Source: Eledone cirrhosa
Lineage: Eukaryota
Assembly (NCBI GenBank): GCA_964016885.1
Contig: OZ024741.1
Coordinates: 295,740,001 to 295,804,000, forward strand
Direction: 5' to 3'
Length of the DNA: 64,000 nt
How positions within the stretch are numbered: the first letter of the stretch is position 1; each line of letters begins with the position of its first letter. Shown here in pieces: positions 50,682 through 64,000 of the stretch. The notes below the pieces were generated by a model, which was given only the letters and a program-made list of their open reading frames with translations, did not search any database and had not been told where the DNA came from. The translations under genes were made by a program, and so were the position numbers.

Positions 50682-53600
50682 GGGATGGACACACGCGTGA
50701 AACTTGCTGAATAAGTTCTGCTTAAATTTCTATAGAAATTCCTAACTGAAAACCTTCATTTTTATACCAATTTGTAGAGGGACTGCCAGGTCAAATTTTG
50801 ATCTGGTCAGTCTCTCAAAATATTCTACGCCTTTAGGCGAAATAGTTCACAAAAAGCAACACAGCACAACAAAAATGTTACACCTACATATACTAACAAT
50901 AAAACTTTAACAGACACCATATATAAAAACCCTTCGGTGGAGACCGAAGGGAAAACCTTTACACACTCTTCGGAGAATCCTAATCTTAAAATGATTAGGA
51001 TCTCCATGGACACACATAAACAGTTAAAAGAAAAATTTCCTAACGACGTAGGTAACCCCTGGGTCAAACCCTATAACCGCGTCCTTTTCAAATCCCCCCC
51101 CCCCCCACCCCACCCCACCTGACACACCCTCCCCACCAAACATCTCCGTCCCCACCCCGCCAGAGATCACCACCCCACCAAACAACCCCTCCAACACCCC
51201 CATGGAAATTGTGCAGCCTGGTCCTCAGAAGACGAAGAGGTGAGTGATTTATTTTCCTCTTCTAACTTTTCAGCACCAATATGGCCAATATAAGAGTTGG
51301 CTGTGTGAATGTACGCGGCCTGGGGATGCCCTGGAAACAGGGCAAACTCTTAAACGACCTCAGGTCGCACAGTATGGATGTAGTAGCCATTTGCGAGTCC
51401 AGGATCCATAGCAAGCGACAACTGGCCCTCATCTTCGACGACTTTGAGATCTACGCATCTCTCTGTCAGCCGGGAGGTGGGGGTGGGGTTGCCGTTTTGC
51501 TGCGGAAAGACCTGGACCTCGTAACACAGACGGTACATATGGACCCGGGGGGTAGACTGGTTGCAACAAACATATGCCCCATCCGGGACACCGCGGCCAG
51601 ACTTCTTCAAACGTCTAGAGACTTTTCTGGGAACGTCCCGCTCCCTGCTGTTAGTCGGGGACTGGAATGGAATCCTAGATGTACGTTGGGACTATGTGGG
51701 AGCATGTCCCGATAGAGGGGGGGGGGTGACAGCCTCAAACAGTTAATCGGCCGATTTGACCTGGCCGATAGATATCGACTAGATTTTCCGATTGTGACAC
51801 TGTGGACGTGGACTAATCGCCGCGGAACATCTAGATCGTACCTAGATAGGGTTCTAGTTAGAAAGAAGGATAGGGACATATTAACCTGTCCACAAATGTT
51901 CATGGTTGCCTATTCAGATCACAAATTAGTGACCTGCTTAGTCAACCTTGACGAAACCCATAGACAGGGACCCGGCTACTGGAAGCTGAACTTGTCGTTA
52001 CCGACATGCAAAGCCTACAGTAGACGGATTAGCACTTTAGTTAAGCAGCAATTGACGGGGGCCATTGTCAACAACAGATGGTGGTACTCTCTCAAGAGGG
52101 CAGTTAGATTAGACTCGATAGGTTTTAGTAAAGAATTAGTGTTAGATAGAAATAAGACCGAAAAGGAACTGGTAGATAAAGTAGAAGAGGCACTTAGGAG
52201 TGGCAACGTAGCCAGCGTGCTAGCGACGAGAACGGCCTTGGACCAGTTCTTCGACGCAAAGCATGAAGGCTGCGTTGTCAGAAGCAAAATACGTGCTTTG
52301 GGAAACGAGGGAGCCAAAGCTGTTAGCTGGGCCCGAGTAACGGAGGCGAAAAGTGGCAACAAGTCCACGATTCGGTCTTTGAAGGACCAAGACGGATGCG
52401 TGATACGTGAGCCGAAGCAGATGTGCGCGGCCTTTCAGCGGCACTTTGCTCAACTGTTCGGGCAGGGCGGCGCGTCGGGAGGGGCTATGGATTTCGGTCC
52501 ATACCTCGACGGCCTACCGCGACTCTCGGACAGCGAGGCGAAATTCTGCGAAAGGCCGATTTCGGCCGCTGAGATAGGGGACGCGCTGAGCAAACGCAAA
52601 TCTCCAGGTCTCGACGGTCTACCCTACAAATTTTACGTAGCAATGCCGGACTTGTTCTCCGGTCTCCTGGAAGCGGTCTACTGCAACTGGCAGCAGAACG
52701 GGAGAATTCCCAGTTCCGTGACCAAGGGCGTAGTCACGTTAGTCAGGAAGGACGAGAATAAGGGGGATGACATAGGCAACTTCCGGCCCATAACTCTGCT
52801 CAACACAGAGTTACAGATTTTGGCCAAGGTGTTGGCAAAGAGGCTGGCGCTTGTCGTCGAAAACCTGTTGGGAGAAGCGCAGACATGCGCAATCCCAACC
52901 AGGTCCATACACGACAACCTCCACCTCATGCGATACATCATAGAGAGGGTTGGGTGTAAACCCGGCTTCGGTGGGGCCCTGATCAACTTGGATCAGTCTA
53001 AGGCTTTCGATAGGGTTGACCATTGTTACCTGGATGCGGTGCTCGAGGTGGCAGGCTTCGGACCCGTGTTCAGGGGCTGGATTGCTGCAATGCAAAGCAG
53101 CAACATCTGCTCAAGGGTCAAGGTGAACGCTACCTCTCGGAGCCGTTCCATATCACGCGATCCATCCGACAGGGATGCCCTCTCTCCTCCCTTCTGTACG
53201 TAGTGACTCTCGGGCCACTACTGCGGAAGTTGGAGCTATTGCAGGGCATCCCTTTGGAACCGGGACTGCGAAAAGAGGCGCCGGCCTACGCCGACGACGT
53301 GACAGTAATGGTGTCGAGCACCTCGCAAATCGGGGAGGTCGGCACCTTACTGGAGGAATACGAAAGGTTCACAGGAGCGAAGCTGAACCGGGACAAATCC
53401 GTCGGTTTGCAACTCGGATCGTGGAGAGGCAAACCGATGCCTTCCGATGGCGTCATCGGACGCTGGACGGAAGGACCGGTAAAGCTGCTCGGGGTCTGGC
53501 TTGGTCCGGACCTCCAGGTGGAGAAGAACTGTAACAAGGTGACGGCCAAGGTGTTTGCGCTCACCTAGAAGTGGGCCGAGTGCAAACTATCCTTGAAAGG

Positions 53601-54895
53601 TCGAGCGGAGGTGGCGAACACTTTTATAGCGTCTGTCATCTACTACCGCTTGACCGTCGTGCCTTGTCCAGCCAAAACGCTCACCAAAATGGAACGCGCG
53701 CTCTTCCAATTCCTTTGGAAGAAACGGGCTCCTTTGGTGAGAAGATTCATCTGCTGCCAACACCCTTCAAACGGAGGGCTGGGGGTGCCGTGGCTTACGA
53801 TGCGCAAACACGCGCTCAGGCTGCGGCACCTCCACGTATTCCTCACCAGACAACCGGTGTTGGCCCCGTTCGTGGGGCGAGCCTTCCCACGACTCGTCTC
53901 ACTGACTGAGCTGCAGTCCTGGGTCAAGCAAAGACCGAGGAAAATGGGCGACTGGCACATCGAATGTGCTCAGGCGCTCACAGTCCTATGGCAAACGGAC
54001 CCTGCGATCAGTGGAGACTCCACTTCGACATTCTATAGAGGGTTGGTCCGCAGCAAGTGCGACGACACGCTCGGAGAAACTCTAGGCGTAGAGGAGGACG
54101 AACTGGCCTGTCTGCTCGGTAGGACCTTCCGCTTGGGACCAATGGACAACTTCCAAAAGTCCCTGCCTGGCAGTGCTACCGAGGAGCTCTACCAGTTCGA
54201 GACAAGCTCTACAGACACGGGCGCCCGGGTAGGGACCCTTCGAAAAAGATCTGTCTGCGATGCGTACGCGACGAGGAAACCGTCGCGCACGCATTTGTAC
54301 ACTGCCCGGGCGTTACCGACCTGTGGGGCTATGTAGAACGACTATTGTCGCGCGTGGGACCAATCCAGTTGACCACCGAGTCCATTGTCATGATCAAACC
54401 GCCACCCTCCTTCAAAAACGAGGGAAAGGCGGTTTTCCTATGTGTTATGGCTATGGTGAAAGAGGTTATATGGTGGACGAGGTTAAAAGGGCTGAGGTCA
54501 GACACCTTTCTCCGGTGAGCAACTGATTCGTTTTTTCAAATATCATTTTGGAAGAAGAATCAGGATGGAGAGAGAGGTGCTGTACTCCAGCAAATTTTAT
54601 AAAACGTGGGTGAATGTGGCAAAGATGGCCCGAGTGGTTGGGCCTTCTCTCTATATACGCCTGTAGGTTGAGGAAAAAGAGGAAGAGAGAGGAAGTACTC
54701 ACTCTTGGTGCTCCTGCAGATGAGGGTTGTACATTTTTTCGGGGTGTGTACAAACCATGTGTAACGCCTCGCCCCTATTGGGGATTTCAATTGTTATTTG
54801 TTATTTTATTAATAGTTTTATTTTCATATACCTGTATGTAAACTCCCCATTTGTATTTGTCCCCTTCTTTTGTGTCCTTGTGGCTAATAAAGAAA
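50682..54895 (+). mobile_element. Tx1/L1-type LINE with ORF1 C-terminal remnant and complete but frameshifted ORF2 (51281-54666)
   Basis: APE MANIRVGCVNVRGL...GDWNG...SYLDRV...SDH; RT KSPGLDG, FRPITLLN, LDQSKAFDRVDH, RQGCPLS, AYADDVT; CCHC CLRC...HAFVHC; TSD TTTATCTATCTATCT at 50667-50681 and 54896-54910. Confidence 0.93.
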
Positions 54896-55948
54896 TTTAT
54901 CTATCTATCTATCTACCTCTCTGTTTAACTACCTCTATGCTATAATTCCACTTAAGTTTCACTTTCATATAACGTACCCTCTTTCCAACACTTAAAGACA
55001 GTATATTCCCACCTCCCCCGTCACCCATACACATACCATCTCTCCCCTCTATAATACGCCCCCGTAAACTTACTCGTGCCATTTCTCCCCCTTTATAATA
55101 CTTATACCATTTTATACCATCTTATAATACTTATACACCACACTTATACCATCTCTTCCTCAATAGTACTCCCTCCCCTTCTACCACACTTACATTCTCA
55201 CCTCTTCCCTGCCCATTATCACTTACTTTACAAAAACTATCCCAGTGCCATCTGGAAAAGCAAACTCCCACGCCATCCATTCAATGAAGCGCTTACACGC
55301 GCATGCGTGCACATACGCACACATACCAATGCACGTAAGTACGCACACATGCCAATGCACACACGCAGACACACACATACATACGCAGACACACACATAC
55401 AAACACGCACACACACATACAAGCAGACACACACACGCACAGACACATACACACACGCACACGCACTCACACACACATGCACGTACGCTCGCAGATACAC
55501 ACATATACACATGAACATATACACAGGAACAGGCACACACGCAGACACATACGCAGACACATACACGCACGCTCGCATACGTGCACAGACACACACATAA
55601 CATATAAGTATGAACCTCTCTAAATATTTAACCCGCTTCCTTCCTCCCCCCACCTTCTCTATAAACATTTCTCTCTTTCCTTTGTTATTCTTGCCCTATT
55701 AACAATCTGTGGTGCTAGTAATTACAGCAAGGGATCCGTGGGAAATTTCATTTAAATAAAAGATGTTATCATAAAGAGGAAGAACCGAAACCCAAATCGC
55801 CTGTTTCCATTTGCTATGGCAAGGATAGGAAACCTGCGGCCTTCGAACCGTGTATGGTTTTATGAAAAGCTAAATGTGGCCTTCTAAAAGAAGCACAACT
55901 TTCATATTGAATTATAATTTTATTGATTTTATTACATTTAACATCTTT

Positions 55949-56410
55949 AAGGCAGTGGGTTGGCAGTATCGGTTGAGCGTCAGACAATAGGCTTTGCGGC
56001 ATATAGTTACGGATCTTTATATTCTCAGTTCAAATTCTGCCGAGGTTAGTTTTGCTTCTCACCTTTACGGGTTTGATAACAAAGTACCAGTCAAATACTG
56101 GGTCAACATAATAGACTTTCCGCTTCCTTTCAAATTGCTATCCTTGTACCAATAGTAGAAACAATTATTTGGGGTCGATTTAATCTACTTTTCCGTAATC
56201 CAATATTGTTGGCCTTGTGATTAAATCAGAAAACTTTATGGCATTAGATTGGCAGTATTTGTAGAACATCAGACATCTTTTGCTGCATGTAGTTATGGCC
56301 CTTTATGCTCTGAGTTCAAATCCTACTGGGGTTATCTTTGTCTTTCATTCTTACGCGGTCGATAAAATATCGCCTTTCCTTTCCCCAAAATTGTTAACTT
56401 TGTACTTAAA
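55949..56410 (+). mobile_element. Tandem degenerate Meta-core SINEs
   Basis: Two heads (55949, 56243), B-boxes, cores and a duplicated tail. Confidence 0.75.
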
Positions 56411-56412
56411 CT

Positions 56413-56745
56413 CTTCTTCTTCTTCTTCTTCTTCTTCTTCTTCTTCTTCTTCTTCTTCTTCTTCTTCTTCTCCTGAGAGGGTCGTGGGGGCAGAATCCTC
56501 AAACACTCCTTCCATTGGATCCTGTCAGAAGCAACCGTCTCCAATTAATCCAGCTGGATCTCCAAGCGCGACTAACCAAGCTCATGGATGTTATCCAATT
56601 ATGTTGTTCGGTGTCTATACCCCTGGATCTCCTGCCAGTTAGTTTTGCTTGTAAAATCTGTCCAGCGATTCTTTCCTGAGACCTTCTAGTCATAGGCCCA
56701 TAATATCGGACCTGTGATCTTTTAACTCGCATTTCTAATTATTTT
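56413..56745 (-). mobile_element. RTE/BovB-like LINE 3' end with (AAG)n tail
   Basis: VRYYGPMTRR...ILQAKLTGRRSRG, ASDRIQWK, then (GAA)n. Confidence 0.7.
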
Positions 56746-56900
56746 CCTAAAATATAAATGTAAACTGTACCCCAGCACATGCATTAATTCGTCATATTGA
56801 GGGGCACGGCTGGAGACGTCCGTCAACGTTTTTAAATATAACTATGCTTTGGCTTTGCCAATACGAAAAGGCTATTTTCAATTATTTTCTTGATTAGGTC

Positions 56901-57119
56901 TCACCTGGGGTTAAACAACAGCACCTGTAACTGAAATACTTTAATCTTAATAGGCCTTCTTAATCATGTTTGACCTGGGGTTAAACAACAATACTTGTAA
57001 CTGAAATCCCTTAATCTTAATAAGCCTTCTTAATCATGTTTCACCTGGGGCTAAACAACAATACTTGTAACTGAAATCCCTTAATTTTAATAGGCCTTCT
57101 TAATAATGTTTCACCTGGG
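56901..57119. repeat. 70-bp minisatellite, about 3.1 copies
   Basis: T(C/G)ACCTGGGG(T/C)TAAACAACA...TAATCATGTT units start at 56901, 56971, 57041 and 57111. Confidence 0.9.
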
Positions 57120-57359
57120 TCCTGCTGAACAACAAACAACACAAGATGTTTTAATCCGATGCACTAACGACTCTGGCATGTCCACTGCCTTCATTTAGCC
57201 TACCAGTAAGAATATATAACCAATTATTTTTATATCATCGGCATTTAGGTATGTATAGAACAAAACAGTAAAGTGCGTCTGAAACAGCGGTTTGTCTTAT
57301 ATCTCATGTAACGGGAGCCTTGAACTACTGGCGGAATTACAGACGATGCCGTCGAGATT

Positions 57360-57483
57360 CATAGCGTGTTTGGGCTATTCTAAACCTAACGGTGGTGATT
57401 CCTCTCAAATTCTCTCTCTCTCTCTCTCTCTCTCTCATAGCGTGTTTGGGCTATTCTAAACCTAACGGTGGTGATTCCTCTCA

Positions 57484-57570
<87 letters not shown>

Positions 57571-57619
57571 CGTGTTTGGGCTATTCTAAACCTAACGGTG
57601 GTGATTCCTCTCAAATTCT
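57360..57619. repeat. Three identical units of about 53 bp separated by variable (TC)n
   Basis: CATAGCGTGTTTGGGCTATTCTAAACCTAACGGTGGTGATTCCTCTCAAATTC at about 57360, 57436 and 57566. Confidence 0.9.
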
Positions 57620-57637
57620 GAACACACACGATTACTT

Positions 57638-57682
<45 letters not shown>

Positions 57683-57704
57683 GGTGGATCGACCAAGAAT
57701 CTGA

Positions 57705-57845
57705 TTGGTACTTTATTTATCAACCTCGAGGAGATGAAAGGAAAAGTTGCCTTTGGCGGAATTTGAACTCAAAGTGCAGAGTAGTGAAACGGATATCGCG
57801 AACCATTTTATCCGACCATCTAACATTTTTCAATTCGCCGCCGCT
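57705..57845 (-). mobile_element. Degenerate Meta-core SINE
   Basis: TGGTACTTTATTTATCAACCTC...GATGAAAGG...GAATTTGAACTC. Confidence 0.65.
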
Positions 57846-57883
57846 TCTAATTTATTACAGTACATGATACAGCCAGCCTGTCA

Positions 57884-58002
<119 letters not shown>

Positions 58003-58105
58003 TGTATGTATATATCAGTAAGGGCCACTAGGAGAGGTAAATATTTATATTATATTTTTTAATGTATTTTAAAAGATTGATTGAATTTTACTTGTTCTGC
58101 TTATC

Positions 58106-58222
<117 letters not shown>

Positions 58223-58897
58223 ATATATATATATATGTATATGTATATATATATATGGAGTAACCTTATTAAATTACCTATGGGAGATTACAGTGACAAA
58301 TGATTCTGTTAGAGTATCATATTTTGTTGGTCTTTAAAATACTCTAACAGAATCATCAAACATCCAATATTGAATCGTCGTGGATTATGTGAGAGGCATG
58401 TAATCTAGATATTACGCTCTCCGGACTGTGAAAATGGTGCTGTACACGAAAACCATATCATTGCTTTGCTACACATTTCTAATATTTTTAATATTTATAA
58501 TATTTCTTTACACACAAGCTTCTATAACATTCATATAAAAGATACATTACCAGTACAACCCTCTTAATACTCTTGATTACCCGCTTAAAGTGCTTTTATT
58601 ACATGTAACACCCTGCCGCACTATAATATTATATAAATAAGACACACGTGCTTGCCACACGTGTAACTATTGCACACACTAACTGCTTCTGACTATCCTC
58701 TCGCATTAATTTCATGTTGTATTTTAACTTTAATTTTAATTTTATCCTCTTTTGATATGACTATAATCTTTAAATGTATACTGCCACGCTAAATGTTATA
58801 ATGGATGTCAACCCACCAAGCAACAATATATGCATATGTTTCTGTATGTCTCTTGGGTTGAAAAGGAGGTCATGTATGTGATCATTCATTAATAAAT

Positions 58898-58944
58898 TGC
58901 TCCGAAGAATCCAAACCTCGGTTTGGAGGAAACAATTGTAAGCA
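58898..58944 (+). ncRNA. Minimal type I hammerhead-like motif at the end of a probable Penelope-like 3' region (about 58350-58990)
   Basis: TGCT-CCGAAGA-A-TCCAAAC-ctcg-GTTTGGA-G-GAAA-CAATTG-TA-AGCA (core U4>C); upstream HPILNRRG resembles a PLE ORF end. Confidence 0.65.
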
Positions 58945-59645
58945 TATAAATGAATTGAACAGAACTTTGATTCTTATAACTTATATATAACTGCTCTGTA
59001 AAACAACTGATGTTATTACATTGAGCTATTTATCTTACTGGTAATAAGGTAGTAATATATTACTGCCTATCACTATTTAGGGTTTGAAAAAATATATATA
59101 ACTACAAAAGGTTTTTGTATATGCATAACCATAAATAGTATCCTTAATACTATATATATATATATATATATCTTTTGTCGTTATTAAAGGTATTATGTAT
59201 GGGATAATAGAGTAAATGAGGATATGCCATCATCACTCTGAAAGCTTCCTTTATCGATCTTCTCATTCCCTAGCAACTTCCAACAACTTCCATTTCCTCG
59301 TACTCATATTTCTCACCTATCTCCTAACCCTACTATTGCCAGCTAAGAAGCAACAAATATCTGTGTTATTTGGTCTTTCAATAATCCATCCATGCTATTT
59401 ACACATTTCTATAGCGGTTTCTTCAATCTTGGATGTTCTGTTTTAATTATTAATATATCAATAATAGGTTCTCAAAAATTCCATTCTTCATTCATCAACT
59501 TTTCATCTTTAGAGATAGTATTTTCTTATTATCAAACTCTACTTCATTTCCCTTCCTTTTCTCGTTCATACAGGCAGATAAATAGATAGGGAAATAGATA
59601 GATAGATGGGTAGATAGACAGATTATAAGATAGATAGATAGATAG

Positions 59646-62600
59646 ATTTCTTTATTAGCTACAAGGGCGCACAAGAAAAGGGGACAAAACAAAGACTCGC
59701 CGGGGATTTTACAATCGTATAAAAATATTGAAACAAACAAATTTAACAATCGAAATCCCCAATAGGGGGGAGGCACCACAAATGGGTTGTTTAATACCCC
59801 GTCGATAGAACAACCCTCAACTCCAGGAGCGTGTTGTGCAACTGCTCCTTTCTTCCTTTTGTTCTCTTCTCAACCTACAGGTTTATATACAGAGAAGGCC
59901 CAATCACTCGGGCCATTTTTGCCACATTCACCCACCTTTCAATAAATTTACTGGGGTGCAGTGCCTCTCTCTCCACTCTGATTCTCCTTCTAAAGTGGTA
60001 CCTAAAGAAGGGAATGAGTTGTTGTCCGGAGAGAAAGACATCTGTCCTCAGTCCTCTCAATCTCGTCCACCATATAACTTCTTTCACCATAGCCACTGTA
60101 CAGAGGAAAACCGCCTCACTTTCGTTTTTGAAAGAAGTTGGCGGTTTGATCCTTACTATGTACTCGGCAGTCAACTGGATTTGTCTCATACGCGACAGCA
60201 GTTGTTCTGCATAGTTCTACAGGTCGGTTACGCCCGGGCAGTGTACAATTGCGTACAGGACGGTTTCAATGTAATGCGCGCATCTTGGACACGTCTGCTT
60301 GGAAGGATCCCTGCCGGGGCGTCCGTGCCTGTAGATCTTGTCACGAACTGGTAGAGCCCCTCGGTAACACTGCCAAACCAGGGACCTCTGGAAGTTGTCC
60401 ATGGATCCCGGGCGGAAAGTCCTACCAAACAGACTGGTGAGTTCGTCGTCTTCGACGCCTAGAGTCTCTCCGAGCACGTCGTTGCCCTTGTGACGTACTA
60501 ACCATCTATAGAATGTCGAAGTGGAGTCTCCACTGATTGCCATTCCCGCTTGACAGAGGACTGTGAGCGCCTGAGGGCATTCAATGTGCCAGGCGCCCAT
60601 CTTCTTCGGTCTTCGCTTGACCCAGGACTGCAGCTCCGTCAGTGAGACAAGTTGCGGGAAGGCCTGTCTCACAAACGGTTCCCACACCGGTTGGTGGTCG
60701 GTGAGGAATACCTGTAGATGCCGTAGCCTCAGCGCATCATCAGCCACGGCATTCTCAGCCCTCCGTTGGAAGGGTGCTGACAGCAGACGGATCTCCTCAC
60801 CAGTGGAGCCTGCTTCTTTCAAAGGAACTGGAAGAGCATGCATTCCATCTTGGTGAGGTGTTCACGGGGACAAGGCACGACGGCCAAGCGGTAGTAGATG
60901 ACGGACGCTATGAAAGTGTTCGCCACCTCCGCTCGACCTTTCAAGGATAGTTTGCACTCTACCCACTTCTGGGTGAGCGCAAACACCTTGGCCGTGACCT
61001 CGTTCCAGTTTTTCTACACCTGGAGGTCCGGACCGAACCAGACCCTGAGCAATTTCACCGGTCCCTCCGTCCAGCGTCCGACGACGTTGTCGGACGGCAT
61101 CGGTTTGCCTCTCCACGTTCCGAGTTGCAAACCGACAGATTTGTTCGGGTTCAGTTTTGCTCCTGTGAGCCTTTCGTATTTTTGCAGTAAGTTGCCGATC
61201 GCCCCGATTACCGAGGTTTCCGACACCATTACCGTCACGTCGTCGTCATAAGCCGACGGCGCTTTCCGCAGTCGCGGTTCCAACGCGATGCCCTGCAGCA
61301 GCTCCAACTTCCACAGCAGTGGCTCTAGAGTCAGTGCGTGTAGAATGGAGGAGAGAGGGCATCACTGTCGGATGGAACGCGTGATTGCGAACGGTTCCGA
61401 TAGGTAGCCGTTCACCTTGACCATCGGGCAGATGTTGGTGTGCATTGCGACGATCCAGCCTCTGAAGACGGGTCCGAAACCGGCCGCCTTGAGAACCGCT
61501 TCCAAGTATCGATGGTCGACCCTATCGAACGCCTTAGACTGATCTAAATTGATCAGAGACCCACCAAAGCCGGGTTTACACCCCACCCTCTCTATGATGT
61601 ATCGCATGAGGTGGAGGTTGTCGTGTATATACCTGGTCGGGATTGCACACGTTTGCGCTTTCCCTACCAGGTTCTCGACGACAAGCGCCAACCTCGTTGC
61701 CAACACCTTGGTCAAAATCTTTAACTCTGTGTTGAGCAGAGTTATGGGCCTAGAGTTGCTTAGTTCGTCCCTCTTGTTCTTGTCTTTCCTGATCAGCGTT
61801 ACTACATTTCTGCCTGCAGAAATGAGAATTCTCCCGTTCTGCTGCCAGTTGCAGTAGACGGCCTCGAGGACGTCAGAGAACAAGTCCTATGTAAAACTCA
61901 TAGGGTAGACCATCTAGACCGGGTGATTTGCGTTTCCCGCAGCGGCTCAGAGCGTCCCGTATCTCAGTGGCTGTGATCGGTCTTCGCAGAACTCGTCGTC
62001 CGTGCTCGAGAGACGCGGAAGGCCGTCGAGGTAAGTCCATTGCCCCATTCGACGCACCACCACTCTGCCCGAACAGTTGCGCAAAGTGCCGCTGAAAGGC
62101 CACGCACATCCGCTTGGGGTCAAGTAGCACGCGTCCGTTTTGGTCTTTCAAAGACCGAATCGTGGACTTGTTGCCACTTTTCGCCTCTGCCACTCGGGCC
62201 CAGTTAACAGCTTTCGCTCCCTCGTTTCCTAGAGCACGTGATTTATTTCTGAACACGCAGCCTTCGTGTTTCGCGTCGAAGAACTGGTCCAGTGCCGTTC
62301 TCGTTGCTAGCACTCTAGCTACGTTGCCTCTCGTAAGTGCCTCCCCTACCTTGGCTACTAGTTCCGTTTCTGTGCTGGTTCTCTCTAAGGCTAACTCTCT
62401 GCTAGTCTATCGACTCTACTCTTATTGCTTTTTTGAGGGAGTACCACCATCTGTTGTTGACGATGGCTCCCGTCAATTGTTGCTTAACTAATCTACTCAT
62501 CCGTTCACTGTAGGCTTTACATGTCGGTAGCGACACGTTCAGCTTCCAGTATCCCAGTCCTTATTTATGTATTCTATCACGGTTGACTATGCATATTAAT

Positions 62601-64000
62601 AGTTTGTGGTCTGAATAGGCAACCATGTGCATTTGTGGACAGCTTAACATCTTCTCGTCTCTCTCTCTAATAAAGAACCTGTCTAAATACGATCTAGATG
62701 TCTCACTGCGGTTTATCCACGTCCACTGTGGTGCAGTCGGGAAATCTAGTCGATACCTATCGGCCAGTTGGATTAAATTTTTTAGGTTGTTTCACACCCC
62801 TCTACTAGGACATGATCCTATATAGTCCCATCTTGCGTCTAGGATGCCATTCCAGTCCCCCACTAAAAGCAAGGAGCGAGACGTTCCCAGAAAAGACTCT
62901 AGACGCTTAAAGAAGTCTGGCCGCAATTGCCCAGTCGGGCATAAACGGCACCAGTCTGAAGGCTCCACCTCCAACACTGTTCACGTCTAGGACTACCAGT
63001 CTACCCTCTGGGTCCAAGTGTACTTGCTGTACTTCGACGTCCAGGTTTTTCCGAAACACGACAGTCACCCCCACCCCCTCCACCTCCTGGCTGACAGAGA
63101 GATGCGCAGATCTCAAAGTCATTGAAGATGGGGGTCAGCTGCTGCCTGTTGTGGATCCTGGACTCGATGATGGCTATCACATCCATACCGTGTGATCTAA
63201 GGTCGTTTAAAAGTTGGCCCTGTTTCCAGGGCATCCCTAGGCCACGCACATTCACGCTTCCAACTCGTAAATTAGTCATGTTGGTGGAGAAGAGTTGACG
63301 AAAAAGGATGAAAAGGTGCACTTACCTTTTCGTTTCCTGGAGATCGGGTTGTTCAGTCTCCATTTGGGTGCTGGTGGGGGTGTGGGGTGGGGAAACATTT
63401 TAACAGGATGCGGTTTATGGGTTTTTGACAAGGGTTGCCCACGTCCTGCGAAAATTTTGTTTTTAGTTCGCTATATGTTTCCATATAAACCCTTATTAGT
63501 TTAAGGTGTGGAGACGATTCTGCTTTAACGAAACTTTTTCCCGCCGTCTCCACCTTGGGGTTTTTGGAGATGACCTCCATCAAACTCTTGTTGTTTGTGT
63601 TGATGTATGCGTATTGTTGTTTGTGTTTTTGTTGTGTTGTTTTAGTTTGTTGTTCATCCGGGGGTTTTCTTTTTATGATGGCTGCTTGTGTTTGGGGTGG
63701 TGTTGGTGTTTGTTTTGTTGGGGGGGGGGGGGATTGTGGTGTTGTTTGTGTTGTTGTTTGTGTCGGTGGTTCTGTGTTGGTGTTGGTGATTGTTGTTTTT
63801 GTGGCTTTGTGGTGCCTTTTTTTTGTTTTTTGGATTTTCGAGGCTGTCCTTCATCTTCACTTGGAGATGAAGAAGTAGCCTCATCTGACGATGATTCGTC
63901 ATCAGGAGCTTGCGGTAGGGGTATATTGTATGGTGATGGTGTGTTTGTGGCAGTGTTGGATGGAGTGGGATGGGGTGGGACTGTATTCTTCGGGGTAGTT
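59646..64000 (-). mobile_element. Tx1/L1-type LINE, degraded ORF2 (ATG 63279 to 59875) plus ORF1 C-terminus running off the window
   Basis: MTNLRVGSVNVRGL, GDWNG, KSPGLDG, RPITLLN, LDQSKAFDRVDH, AYDDDVT, CPRC...IVHC; 3' end abuts (CTAT)n at about 59575-59645; ORF1 piece 63353-63583 is homologous to 50937-51122. Confidence 0.92.

Noticed and set aside
57360-57619. CRISPR array
   Set aside because: Eukaryotic context, spacers are pure (TC)n, no cas genes.

Overview
Eukaryotic, AT-rich, repeat-saturated DNA, most likely from an octopod cephalopod (inferred from tRNA-headed SINEs resembling the octopus OR1/OR2 types, (TA)n/(CA)n/(GAT)n microsatellites and RTE LINEs). I could not identify an intact host protein-coding gene; nearly all track ORFs are LINE fragments, their antisense shadows or microsatellite translations. 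The window holds degraded RTE-clade LINEs (several with a PHD-type finger after the RT core), four copies of a Tx1/L1-type LINE, 3' remnants of HERO-like and CRE-like REL-endonuclease elements, an RNase H remnant, more than 25 SINE copies, piggyBac/hAT/Tc1-mariner/Tigger-like MITEs and Penelope-like tails carrying minimal hammerhead ribozymes. Most notable: (1) all four Tx1 copies sit at CTAT/(GATA)n sites, including one that used a lone CTATCT inside an RTE with a 17-bp TSD, suggesting a (GATA)n-targeting retrotransposon; (2) four sequence-unrelated minimal type I hammerhead motifs lie in or beside TA-rich tracts; (3) an RTE copy has twin-priming (5'-inversion) geometry; (4) fold-back palindromes recur around (TA)n; (5) a CpG-depletion boundary near 25-27 kb lies next to a candidate first exon. 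Coordinates were read by eye and family names come from motif recognition, not database searches.
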